Shown here piece by piece: positions 41,271-50,827 of a DNA stretch of 64,000 nucleotides. This DNA is from an uncultured Fibrobacterales bacterium (GTDB taxonomy: Bacteria > Fibrobacterota > Fibrobacteria > Fibrobacterales > CAWVXU01): NCBI GenBank assembly GCA_963934255.1, contig CAWVXU010000001.1:30686-94685 (forward strand). The letters are read 5' to 3'. Every line of letters begins with the position of its first letter. Position 1 is the stretch's first letter. The position numbers and the translations under genes are program-made. A model generated the notes under the pieces. It searched no databases. It was not told the DNA's origin and saw only the letters and a list, made by a program, of their open reading frames with translations.

Positions 41271-42202
41271 ATCAAGATACAAAAAGCCGAGCCGCTTAAG
41301 TCTAAAAACAAAAAAAGTAGAAATCATTGAGCTGCATCTTTGGAGCTGATGAGAATAATTAATTCATAAAGTTAGTCAAGTAAGTAGAGCATGTTTGGCC
41401 TGTCACATACACCCGGGTCATTTCCATATCCGTTGTTGCCGTTAGCTCCATCGGCTCCAGTACCTTTGTTTTGGCTATTTGATCTAAAAGCATTTTATTT
41501 TTGAGTTTGTCCTAGGGCGTTTCTACAATCTGCCAAGGGATTGAAGTATCCAAAAAGAATTTTAAAATAAACTCTAATAAAAAATCATAGTGAAAAAACA
41601 GTTATATGTGAAATATTTTGATTGTTCATCGTTTAACACTTTCATTTTTGTCTAGAAATCGAATTGCAATAACATTTTAGTTAAACTGACTTTTGAAAAT
41701 TGACATACTGATGAGATGGAACATAGATGCTAATTAGAATTTTGCTATTGGGCGATGGAGATTAAAAAACTTGATCACAAAGAAACTTTATCCATTACTA
41801 AAGTCAATGAAGGTGATAGTCTAGTTGTTATTTGCCCTTCGCCTGCATTTAAAGGAGGTCATGTACCAGCCTTAAGGTCGGTTACTGCATCATCAATAGT
41901 TGCCCCAGTTGGAACCAAAAATTATGTGTATGTTTTACATCATTTTGATTTTGATTTTTTTCTAATAATTAAATAGATATTGCTCCAAGAACTTGAATTA
42001 TTAGACATTAAGTATTCCGAAAAAATGAAATAAATAAGAAGTGAAGATGCTCGTGGAATTTTGTTGTCCGATCTACAAAAAGTTGAAACAATATATTTAC
42101 CGCTAATTAAAAAGGTTGAACAAATAATTTTAACTCTATACCGATTGTGTTATTAAAATCAAAGATTCGCGACAAGCGATTCATCAGGAGTTAAACTCAA
42201 AT

Positions 42203-42742
42203 TTAAAAATCTAAGTATTGATTCCTAAATTCAGAGAGTACCTCTGAAAACTTGATGACTTGAGTGTGTGTGCGGTCTTGTAGAATGAACTCTTTATAGG
42301 CTACAACAGATTCAATAAATTCTTTTTGTTCTTCAACTAATAAGCTAAAGTCAAGGTCTAAATTATCTAAGCTGACTTCAAACTCAATGCCTGCTGCCTC
42401 ACAAAATAACCACTCATAAGCTTGCGGCTTGACCTCTACAATAAAAAATTCTTTTTGCTCTTCTAAATTGCGACCCTCTGGTCTATACCAATATCCGAAA
42501 TCGTCCAACTTTCGTCGTTCTGCCCCGGCTACACACCAATGCGAAACTTCATGTAAGGCAGACCTTGGATAATCATAACGAAATTGAATCTCGGCATGAG
42601 TATGGTTCGGTGTCTTGGCCTGATAAAAAGGCTCATCAAATCCTCCGATGAGTTTGGTTTTCTCAGTATTTCCAAAGCAAGCGTCAAAAGCTTGAATAAT
42701 ACCAGCAGCGTTTAATGGTGGAATATATTTTAGCTTTGTCAT
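42203..42742 (-). CDS. epmC: Elongation factor P hydroxylase EpmC/YfcM
   Basis: EPFY, SALHEVSHWCVAG..RR...DFGYWY.P.GR, VEVKPQA.EW, VSLDNL. Confidence 0.92.
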   Translation of the reverse strand: MTKLKYIPPLNAAGIIQAFDACFGNTEKTKLIGGFDEPFYQAKTPNHTHAEIQFRYDYPRSALHEVSHWCVAGAERRKLDDFGYWYRPEGRNLEEQKEFFIVEVKPQAYEWLFCEAAGIEFEVSLDNLDLDFSLLVEEQKEFIESVVAYKEFILQDRTHTQVIKFSEVLSEFRNQYLDF

Positions 42743-42747
42743 AAGAT

Positions 42748-45700
42748 TTAAGGCTTCCACTTATTTTTCAGTGCAAGTAGTGCGTCAGATTCAATCACGA
42801 TTTCGGGTTCTTCATCTTTAGAAACTCTTTTCCCTGAGTAAAGTGCAAGCTCAGCTTCTTCTAATTCACACAGAAGTGTTAAAAGAAATGGCGGCGCTTT
42901 TTCTTGGGAGCTTTCTTCAATAAGATCAAGGGTGCTTCTCATTGATTCGTTGAGAGGAGCAAGGTGGGGGGATGCAGCGAGTCTTTCTCTAGCAATTTTA
43001 CGCCAAAGTTTTTTGGAGTTTTTCCAATTTACGGTTTGGACTTCTTGGGGTTTATGATATCGTTTAGCCCAAAGTTCTTTCGCCCATCCTAATTGTTTGA
43101 TTTCATTTTGGAAGCCCTCAACCTCACTAGGGAACTCTTCACTCAATTCGGATAGCTTTGAAAGGTCTGAGAGTGAGCGAACTTTAGATTGAGACTTTTT
43201 GAGCTTAGCAGTTTGTGACTTTTGAACTGTGCGGTGTTCATTTTCCCATTCATCAATTTGAGCTTTGCTTTTACCTTCAAGAGTTAATGCACCTAGTAAT
43301 AACCAAGCCGCCTCTCGACCTTTGAAGTTCCAACGGTCAATGAAATTCTGCGACCAGTTCTGATGAGGACTTTGTTTCCATTGGTTTTGAGTTTGATAGA
43401 CTAAGTGCGTCCAAAATTTATCTGAACTAGCCATCAAGGAAAGCTTTTGTTGATAGGATGTTTTGCCTGTCTGCATAAGCCCATAGCTTAATTCTGCTGG
43501 TCCAGTCACGAGCGCGGTGGCATCAGTGGATGTTTTTTCAATGAGTTGGACTTTTTTTCTAAACCAAGTTGACGGACCACTTGAGGGTTCCAAATTAATC
43601 TTAAGCTTGTGAGGTTGAATAATGAAATTCAAGTTTAGATGGTTTTGTTTTTTCTTAGATAAAGTAAACAGGCAAGGGTCAAAGTTAGCTTCATTTGCTA
43701 AGCCTTCATGTTCTTCAAGTACATAAGCTAAAACCAAAAAAGCAGATGTTTGCATCACTTTCATTCTCTTGGTCCATTCAAGAATGATGCTAGGGCGATA
43801 CTTCTCAAGAATGTTTCTTTGAGTTTTACTCGACTCACCGATAATATAATCCATCAAACGGTGGAGCCAGCCTGGGACTGAATTGGTAATCTCACTCCAA
43901 GTACTATGTAATAATACATCTCGGTCTATCTCGATACTAATCCCATCATCTTCTCGTTGATGATCAAATTGATATTTCACTTTTTGACGACTTTGTCCGA
44001 TGATGACTTCTTTAGGGAAAAGTTCGGAGAGTTGATTTTGCGGAAGACTGTCTTGAGTGAATTCATTAAACCAGCTGTCTTCCACACTGCGCCTTTCTAT
44101 CCACTCTTCTTTACTAAAACTAAAATGCAGGTTGAGTTTGTTTTTCTTGATATAAGCACTGAGTCGTTTGAAGTCAGTAATTTCAATAACCTCAGGTAGT
44201 TCAGCTATTTTTTCAAGATACCACTCCAAAACTTGTGTATCATCTGGCACCAAACCTGAACGTCTCATCTGAGTTTCTAGTTCAGCTAGGCCCTTTAGTA
44301 CTCTTAAGTTATGATGCATAAAGGCCGGCTTATGGCTAGCTTTGTTTTGAACAATAGCCTCGAGCCAAAGTGCTTTACGAGTTTCTTCTTGATTGATATT
44401 TTGATATTGAACTCGATGTGGAGTGCCAATTCGAAGACCTTTAAATGTGGTGATACATAGTGCTTCCACAAATCCACTTACATGGTTGTATTTAATGTGT
44501 TCGTAGACTGTTTTACAAAACTGACTAGCGACTTGGAGTATCCACTCTGATTTAATTTCACAGTTTTTCGCGAGCCATACTTTTGAAGTTTCTCTAATTT
44601 CTGAAGCTAAGATCCACTCGGGCGATTTTTTAAAAAGCACACTGCCGGGGAATATCCAAGCCTCTCTGCCACTAGCGAGTCGGTAATACTTTTCATTGTT
44701 TTCAATCCGAGCTAGAGTGCCAAGATAAGCCGAAAGCAACACTTGATGAATGTGGTCTTCATGCAGTGTTTTTAAGTCTACATGGTATTTCGAAATTTGA
44801 TGGGTGTCGGAAGATTTGTTTTCAGTCTTTTTATTGCCAGACTCATCTTTGAACTTCATCAAACGCGCAAATTGCTGATAGAGTTGAATCCATTCGCGAA
44901 CGCGCAAAAAGACTAAGTGATTTTTAGTACAAAACTTACGTAGCTTATTTAAAGTCCATTCATCACCCATTTCAGTAAATATTTTATTCCAAAGTAATAT
45001 CAGAGAAATAAAGTCAGACTTCTTGTGTCGTACCTTAGCGTGCATGCCTTCGGCGATACTGCGTTCCTGAGGGTCACGCGGAAATATCCTTGCTTCTTGA
45101 ATACTGAGGCCTGAGGCAATGACAAGTGCGGCTGCCAAGACATTTTTCTCTTGAGCTTTAATCAGCAGGTGAGACAAAGTGACATCCACAGGAATCCGAA
45201 GCATCTTTTTACCAAGTGGTGTCATCTTGGCACTTGGCGTTGTGGAGTTTAGTGCACCAAGCTCAAAAAGGTGTATGCGAGCACCACGAATCGAAGCCGT
45301 TTTGGGAGCTTCTAATAACGGGAAGCGTTCAAGATCTAGACCAAGGTCCATCATAGTAAGCATGACATTACTTAAATTAGATCTTAAGATTTCAGGATCG
45401 GTATATTCAGGTCTACTTTTGAAATCATCACTTGAGTAAAGACGGATACAATGGCCTGGCTTCACACGTCCGGCGCGTCCCGATCGCTGTCTACTACTAG
45501 CTTGAGAAATCTTTTCGATGGGGAGGCCTTGAATCCTAGTCGAGCTATGATATCTAGAAACCCTAGCCAGTCCTAAATCCACAACATAGGCGATTCCAGG
45601 GATAGTGATTGAAGTCTCTGCAATATTTGTCGCAAGAACAATTTTTATTTTGCCACTTTCATTAAAGATGGCCTTTTGATCACCCGGGCTCAGCCGTCCA

Positions 45701-46473
45701 TAAAGAGGTAGGATAATAAAATGAGCTCCTAGGCTTCCTTCTAAAACTTGCTGAAGCTCAAGGATATCTTTTTCAGTCGGCAAAAAACAAAGCAAGTGAT
45801 CTTCATGGATATCTTGAAGATGGTGAATTGCTTGAGATGCTAGCACAATAGGGTCAATGTCCGGGTTATCTTTTTCATCCCAATATTCAATATCAACTGG
45901 AAATGCTTTACCTTCGGCTACAATGATAGGAGCGTTATCAAAAAATTCACTAAAGCTTTGAGCGTCAATTGTCGCACTTGTAATGATAATCTTGAGATTT
46001 GGGCGGTTGTGTCTAATTAAATTTAAGATGCCAAGTAAGATGTCAATGTTGAGTGAGCGCTCATGGGCTTCATCAATAATAATTGCAGAGTACTTTTTAA
46101 GTAGTGGATCCTTTTGATATTCTTGAAGAAGAATGCCATCAGTCATAATTTTAATGAGCATATCTTTTGGGCAGTCCACATGAAACCTGATCTGTGCTCC
46201 AATAAGATCTTTATTTTGACACTCATGTCTCAATCTATCACATATAGAAAGTGCGGCGATACGCCTAGGTTGAGTGCAACCTATCAGTCCGTTGTCAGCA
46301 AGTCCAGCTTTAATGCAAAGCTTGGGGATTTGAGTGGTCTTACCCGAGCCTGTTTCACCTTGTAGTATGACTACTTGGTTCTCTTGAATGATACGGATAA
46401 ACTCGTCTTCTTTGTCAAGAACGGGAAGTGTCGGCCAGATAAAAGTCGGTGGTAATTTAGTAGATAAGCTCAT
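42748..46473 (-). CDS. hrpA: ATP-dependent RNA helicase HrpA
   Basis: GETGSGKTTQIPK, TQPRRIAA, DEAHERSLNID, SAT, QRSGRAGR; EDDG motif in C-terminal region. Confidence 0.92.
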   Translation of the reverse strand: MSLSTKLPPTFIWPTLPVLDKEDEFIRIIQENQVVILQGETGSGKTTQIPKLCIKAGLADNGLIGCTQPRRIAALSICDRLRHECQNKDLIGAQIRFHVDCPKDMLIKIMTDGILLQEYQKDPLLKKYSAIIIDEAHERSLNIDILLGILNLIRHNRPNLKIIITSATIDAQSFSEFFDNAPIIVAEGKAFPVDIEYWDEKDNPDIDPIVLASQAIHHLQDIHEDHLLCFLPTEKDILELQQVLEGSLGAHFIILPLYGRLSPGDQKAIFNESGKIKIVLATNIAETSITIPGIAYVVDLGLARVSRYHSSTRIQGLPIEKISQASSRQRSGRAGRVKPGHCIRLYSSDDFKSRPEYTDPEILRSNLSNVMLTMMDLGLDLERFPLLEAPKTASIRGARIHLFELGALNSTTPSAKMTPLGKKMLRIPVDVTLSHLLIKAQEKNVLAAALVIASGLSIQEARIFPRDPQERSIAEGMHAKVRHKKSDFISLILLWNKIFTEMGDEWTLNKLRKFCTKNHLVFLRVREWIQLYQQFARLMKFKDESGNKKTENKSSDTHQISKYHVDLKTLHEDHIHQVLLSAYLGTLARIENNEKYYRLASGREAWIFPGSVLFKKSPEWILASEIRETSKVWLAKNCEIKSEWILQVASQFCKTVYEHIKYNHVSGFVEALCITTFKGLRIGTPHRVQYQNINQEETRKALWLEAIVQNKASHKPAFMHHNLRVLKGLAELETQMRRSGLVPDDTQVLEWYLEKIAELPEVIEITDFKRLSAYIKKNKLNLHFSFSKEEWIERRSVEDSWFNEFTQDSLPQNQLSELFPKEVIIGQSRQKVKYQFDHQREDDGISIEIDRDVLLHSTWSEITNSVPGWLHRLMDYIIGESSKTQRNILEKYRPSIILEWTKRMKVMQTSAFLVLAYVLEEHEGLANEANFDPCLFTLSKKKQNHLNLNFIIQPHKLKINLEPSSGPSTWFRKKVQLIEKTSTDATALVTGPAELSYGLMQTGKTSYQQKLSLMASSDKFWTHLVYQTQNQWKQSPHQNWSQNFIDRWNFKGREAAWLLLGALTLEGKSKAQIDEWENEHRTVQKSQTAKLKKSQSKVRSLSDLSKLSELSEEFPSEVEGFQNEIKQLGWAKELWAKRYHKPQEVQTVNWKNSKKLWRKIARERLAASPHLAPLNESMRSTLDLIEESSQEKAPPFLLTLLCELEEAELALYSGKRVSKDEEPEIVIESDALLALKNKWKP

Positions 46474-46508
46474 GTCTATAAAGATAACTCATTAGGATGG
46501 TTTTTCAC

Positions 46509-46819
46509 CTAGGCGAGGATGAACTCTCTCAAGGATGATTTCAAATTATTTTTGGCTAAGACGAGCCCCAGGCCAAGGCCCATATGTTCCTTGGTGTTTG
46601 AATCGTCTTCTTGGAAGAAAGGAGCTAAAAGTTGATCCCTATTTTGGTTGGATATTCCCTGCCCAGAATCCGAGACTGTGATTCTTTGAGTCTGACTTGT
46701 GTCTTTTCAAGGCTCTTGATTTGCTGAGTAATTGAGTGTGACATTTATTTAAATTGATCACCTAGCTGTTCAAATTCATCGCTAAATTCAATGGAATTTG
46801 CCAAGCAATGGTGAATCAT
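46509..46819 (-). pseudogene. Internally deleted sensor histidine kinase remnant
   Basis: HAMP-like DEFEQLGDQFK*MSHSI joined out of frame to ITVSDSGQGIS..PFFQED...GLGLGL (G1, F, G2 boxes). Confidence 0.8.
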
Positions 46820-46846
46820 ACGAAGCTGAGATCAGTAAGAGTCAAT

Positions 46847-48625
46847 TTAGAGTTCTCTATGCTCATCAAAACCCTTTTGAATTGCTTTCATACTGACTAT
46901 TAAAGCATTTTTGACCAGAGGATTCTTTTCATTTTCGACGTGATCTTTAATCCATTTTACCCAATCAGGATGGTTGAAATGAATCAGAGATCTAGCAGTA
47001 GCTAATTTGAGAGCAGTCTCATCACCAAGTAGCACCTTTTGTAGAGTGGTAATGGTACGGCCAAACCCGGCTTTACAGAGAGTTTGAGCGCAGGCGATTT
47101 GTACACTTGTGTCCTCATCGTTGAGAGCGTACATCAAGACATCTTGGGTTTCTTCGATAGCAGCGTATTTAATGAGTGCTTGAGCCGCAGCGTAACGAAC
47201 CATTGTCTCCGTATCCTCTCTCAAAGTATATGTAAGCGCAGCTTCTGCACCCTGTGCATCTAATTTGGCAATAACCTGGCAAGCCCTACCTCGAACATCA
47301 GGGTTGTGATGATTCAGGTGACTCAGAACAGCTGGGCCTAAATCAACAAAATTTAGGCTAGATACAGCAAGTATAGCGCCACCGACAAGCCAAGCATTTT
47401 CATCTTGAAGCCAAGCCTCGGCAATTTTTTCAAATTCTTGCATACTATTGGGGTCATCTTGATAGACTTTTTGACGAGTCAATAAATCCAAAATAGCAGC
47501 GCGAATGGCTGGCTCTTCAGTTGCTTGTTCGAGTATTTCAAATAGGTGAGCGCGCGATTCCCAGGCAGCACAATTACAAAGACATTTGATCGCGCTAAGC
47601 CTGATATTATTATCAGTGTCAATTGCAAATTGATCAACTATGACACGTTGTGACTCTGAAAGACCATAGCGTACTTGGCTCAGACTGTTGAGTAAAGTTT
47701 GAATAAAAGTATTAGTTAATTTATTATTTCTTTGAAGAGTGGCACACCAGGTATTACTTAGTGATTGACGCAGTGCATCAATTGAGCCTGAGTGCTCGTC
47801 ATTGATGTGGCGTTGGTTGAAAATCATACCTAGGGCTTGGACTGATGATTCAGAAACTTTAGGGTCAACATCGGTTATCATCTCTTTAAGAATAGGAACT
47901 GCTGGAAAATAATCCCAAACACCTAAACACCAAGCAGTTGAAGATCTGACCCAAGGGTGTGGGTCTTTTAAAAAAGGAAGTAATTCTTCAGCAACTTGTT
48001 TACTCGGTGATTTGGTTCCAAGCGCTTTGATAGACATCGCTCGAGTGCGCGGCAGAGCAGAGTGCATTGATTTAGCTAAGACCACAATTAAAGCGTCATC
48101 ATCAAAAAAAGAAAGTGCGCGAGCACAAGCGGCTTTGACCTCTTCTGCGGGGTCGTTTTGTAGCATTTGAACAAATAAATCTTTGGACTCTTCATGTCGA
48201 TAAGGAGCGATAACCTGAGTGGCAACTCCGCGAACTTTCCAATCAGGGTCTTTGAGGCCTTGGGTGATGAGTTGAGAGATTTGCACACCAGGAAATTGAC
48301 CTAAAGCTTCATAGGCCATTGAGCGTACCCAAGGGTCTTCATCATTTCGACAATTAGAAATATTATGAACCGCTCTTGCGTCTTTGAGGCGACCTAGAAG
48401 TTTGGCGGCAACACCACGAACCATTGGGCTCCCGTGAAAGAGTGTGTTTTCTAAGGGAAGCCTTTGAATCTCAATACCTAACTTTTTGAAAATTTCAACA
48501 GTTTCTTGAGAGACAATAAATGACTCTTGCTCAAGTTGTAGTTGTAAATCAACAAGGATATCGGCTTGAATTTCTTGAATATCAGACATAGAGGACCTTA
48601 GTGAAAAGAGATTAGATAACGACAT
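46847..48625 (-). CDS. HEAT repeat protein
   Basis: Many L.D....VR..A..ALG repeats. Confidence 0.9.
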   Translation of the reverse strand: MSLSNLFSLRSSMSDIQEIQADILVDLQLQLEQESFIVSQETVEIFKKLGIEIQRLPLENTLFHGSPMVRGVAAKLLGRLKDARAVHNISNCRNDEDPWVRSMAYEALGQFPGVQISQLITQGLKDPDWKVRGVATQVIAPYRHEESKDLFVQMLQNDPAEEVKAACARALSFFDDDALIVVLAKSMHSALPRTRAMSIKALGTKSPSKQVAEELLPFLKDPHPWVRSSTAWCLGVWDYFPAVPILKEMITDVDPKVSESSVQALGMIFNQRHINDEHSGSIDALRQSLSNTWCATLQRNNKLTNTFIQTLLNSLSQVRYGLSESQRVIVDQFAIDTDNNIRLSAIKCLCNCAAWESRAHLFEILEQATEEPAIRAAILDLLTRQKVYQDDPNSMQEFEKIAEAWLQDENAWLVGGAILAVSSLNFVDLGPAVLSHLNHHNPDVRGRACQVIAKLDAQGAEAALTYTLREDTETMVRYAAAQALIKYAAIEETQDVLMYALNDEDTSVQIACAQTLCKAGFGRTITTLQKVLLGDETALKLATARSLIHFNHPDWVKWIKDHVENEKNPLVKNALIVSMKAIQKGFDEHREL

Positions 48626-48738
48626 TCGGTGTTGTATTAGAATCTTTAGCCATCTAGTTATTATAAGCTAAGATAAAAAGGAAATCAAGGTAAGAAGCGA
48701 AAAAGTTCGACAAAGAGATGATTAAAAACAAGTAAGAG

Positions 48739-48768
48739 GTTTACATGTAAACTAAGATAGTCTATGTT
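48739..48768 (+). promoter_or_regulatory. yceI promoter with perfect operator over -35
   Basis: GTTTACATGTAAAC 48739-48752; TTTACA-17nt-TATGTT. Confidence 0.8.
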
Positions 48769-48800
48769 TGATTTAAGAAAAAACTAACTCGGAGAAATTC

Positions 48801-49397
48801 ATGTTTACAATTAAAAAATTAATCCTTTTAACTCTAGCAATCTCATTACTTGCAGGAGCTGCTTGGTCCAAGGACTATACTGTTTCACCTTCAACTTCGC
48901 AACTACAATGGTTTGCATCAAAAATCACTGGCAAGCACGATGGAGCTGTGTCTCTCAAAAAGGGTGATTTAAAGATTGAGTCGGGCAAATTAAAATCCGG
49001 TAAAATCATGATTGACATGAGTACGATTACTGTAAGTGATATTGAAGACCCTAAATATAATGCCAAACTACAAGGTCATTTAGAATCGGCCGACTTTTTT
49101 GATGTGGCCAAGTTCAAAACTGCAATTATCACTGTCAAATCAGTGAAGGCGCTCAAAGGCACTCAAATTCAAGTCAAAGCAAATCTCATGATCAAAGGCT
49201 ATATCAAAGAAATAGATTTCAAAGCAGACCTTTCGCCGGCAGCCAAAGGTTTTAAATTAGTTGCAGATATTGAAATTGACCGTACTCTCTGGGATATCCG
49301 CTATGGTTCATCGAGCTTTTTCAAGGGCCTAGGTGATAAGGCGATTCACAATGAAATTAAATTTAAAGTTGATCTTGATTTAATTGAGAAAAAATAA
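48801..49397 (+). CDS. YceI family lipid/polyisoprenoid-binding protein
   Basis: Signal peptide; W.ASKITGKH.G; HLESADFFDV.KF; IDRTLWDIRYGS. Confidence 0.93.
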   Translation: MFTIKKLILLTLAISLLAGAAWSKDYTVSPSTSQLQWFASKITGKHDGAVSLKKGDLKIESGKLKSGKIMIDMSTITVSDIEDPKYNAKLQGHLESADFFDVAKFKTAIITVKSVKALKGTQIQVKANLMIKGYIKEIDFKADLSPAAKGFKLVADIEIDRTLWDIRYGSSSFFKGLGDKAIHNEIKFKVDLDLIEKK

Positions 49398-49422
49398 AAA
49401 TTTAAACAGAGAATTTTCTCTC

Positions 49423-49449
49423 AAGAGCTCTCATCATTTGGGGGCTCTT
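49423..49449 (+). terminator. Probable terminator
   Basis: AAGAGCTCTCA / TGGGGGCTCTT stem with G-U pairs. Confidence 0.55.
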
Positions 49450-49680
49450 ATGGTTTTACGAACAATTTGATATCAAAATGAGTTTTTTTATTGATACGAA
49501 TAAAAGATGAGTCAATTGAGACCTCGTGGCTTGTTTTTTAGGGGTCGCGCTAATATTGTATTTTATTTCCCTTTTGTCTTTAACGACATCATCGGTCGTC
49601 AATATCCCCGCTGAGTTTCTCTGTACTAGAATTACTTATCCGAATTCATACTTGAAATGCCATCAAATCTGGAGGAAACT

Positions 49681-49803
49681 ATGTCAAATATAGCCGGACT
49701 CATACTAGCGTTGGTCGTAATTATCATATTTCAATTAATCCAAAGTGCTCAAAAAAGACCCAAAAGCCTGGTAGTCCAAGAAAGTCAAGAAGAAATAGTC
49801 TAA
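49681..49803 (+). CDS. Small single-TM protein (40 aa), not in ORF track
   Basis: GGAGGA RBS; MSNIAGLILALVVIIIFQLIQSAQKRPKSLVVQESQEEIV. Confidence 0.65.
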   Translation: MSNIAGLILALVVIIIFQLIQSAQKRPKSLVVQESQEEIV

Positions 49804-49863
49804 AAGACCATCATTTTGAGTGAGCTTTGTATATTTTACGTACTGAAAATAAAGGAGTTTTTA

Positions 49864-50667
49864 ATGAAAAAAATTTTAGTACTATCCTCTGCGCTTGTTA
49901 GCATCGTTATGCTTTCAGCTTGTACCCCTGGTGTCGCTTCCAAGACATCACTTGATACAGATAAAGACAAAGCATCTTATTCTGTTGGCGTTAATATGGC
50001 CCAAAGCTTTAAAGGTTCTGAGACCGTTGTTGACATGTCGGTTCTTTTTCAGGGCTTTCAAGATCAAATAGCTGGTAAAGATCTTTTACTGAGTGACTCA
50101 CTTCGTAATGTCGCAATTCAAGCACTTGGCAAATCAATGCAAGAATCACGCGTTGCCAGTGTTAAAGTCAAAGGTGATTCAGTTCTAGCTGCTAACAAAG
50201 CTAAAGAAGGCGTAGTTGTGACTGAGTCTGGTCTTCAATACCGTATCATTACAGCTGGCACCGGCGAAAAGCCTCAAGCATCTGATCTAGTAAGCGCTCA
50301 TTACGAAGGCAGGCTTGTAGATGGAACAGTATTTGATTCATCTATAAAACGCGGCAAGCCTATTGACTTTCCTGTATCTGGTGTTATCCCTGGGTGGACT
50401 GAAGCTCTTCAAATGATGCCTGTTGGTTCTAAATGGGAACTTGTCATCCCTGCAGCTTTGGCTTATGGTGATCGCTCTAATCCTCGTAGCCCGATCCCTC
50501 CTGGTTCAGTTCTGATTTTTGAAGTTGAACTTCTTGCCATTAAAGTTCCTGGTGCTGCTGCAGTGCCGGCTGCTGCAACTTCAGCTGTCAAAGCAACAGC
50601 AACAACTAAAGTCTCTACAGCTAAAACTGTGGTTCCTGCAAAAGTAGCAGCTCCTGCTACGAAGTAA
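49864..50667 (+). CDS. FKBP-type PPIase, FkpA/Mip-like lipoprotein
   Basis: LSAC; ASYSVG; TESGLQY; HYEGRLVDGTVFDSS; VIPGWTEALQ; LIFEVELL. Confidence 0.93.
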   Translation: MKKILVLSSALVSIVMLSACTPGVASKTSLDTDKDKASYSVGVNMAQSFKGSETVVDMSVLFQGFQDQIAGKDLLLSDSLRNVAIQALGKSMQESRVASVKVKGDSVLAANKAKEGVVVTESGLQYRIITAGTGEKPQASDLVSAHYEGRLVDGTVFDSSIKRGKPIDFPVSGVIPGWTEALQMMPVGSKWELVIPAALAYGDRSNPRSPIPPGSVLIFEVELLAIKVPGAAAVPAAATSAVKATATTKVSTAKTVVPAKVAAPATK

Positions 50668-50715
50668 TATTGATTGAGAGTTGAGTCTCTTAATGAGGCC
50701 TCTACTTTTCATTTT

Positions 50716-50761
50716 AAAACAAAAACCCCCACCTAGACATCTAGGTGGGGGTTTTTGTTTT
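50716..50761. terminator. Bidirectional intrinsic terminator
   Basis: AAAACAAAAACCCCCACCTAGA-ca-TCTAGGTGGGGGTTTTTGTTTT. Confidence 0.9.
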
Positions 50762-50827
50762 TATTAAACTCATCATTATTATAATTCATATGAATCAATC
50801 GGTTTGTTCATATTGATTGAGCCAAGA

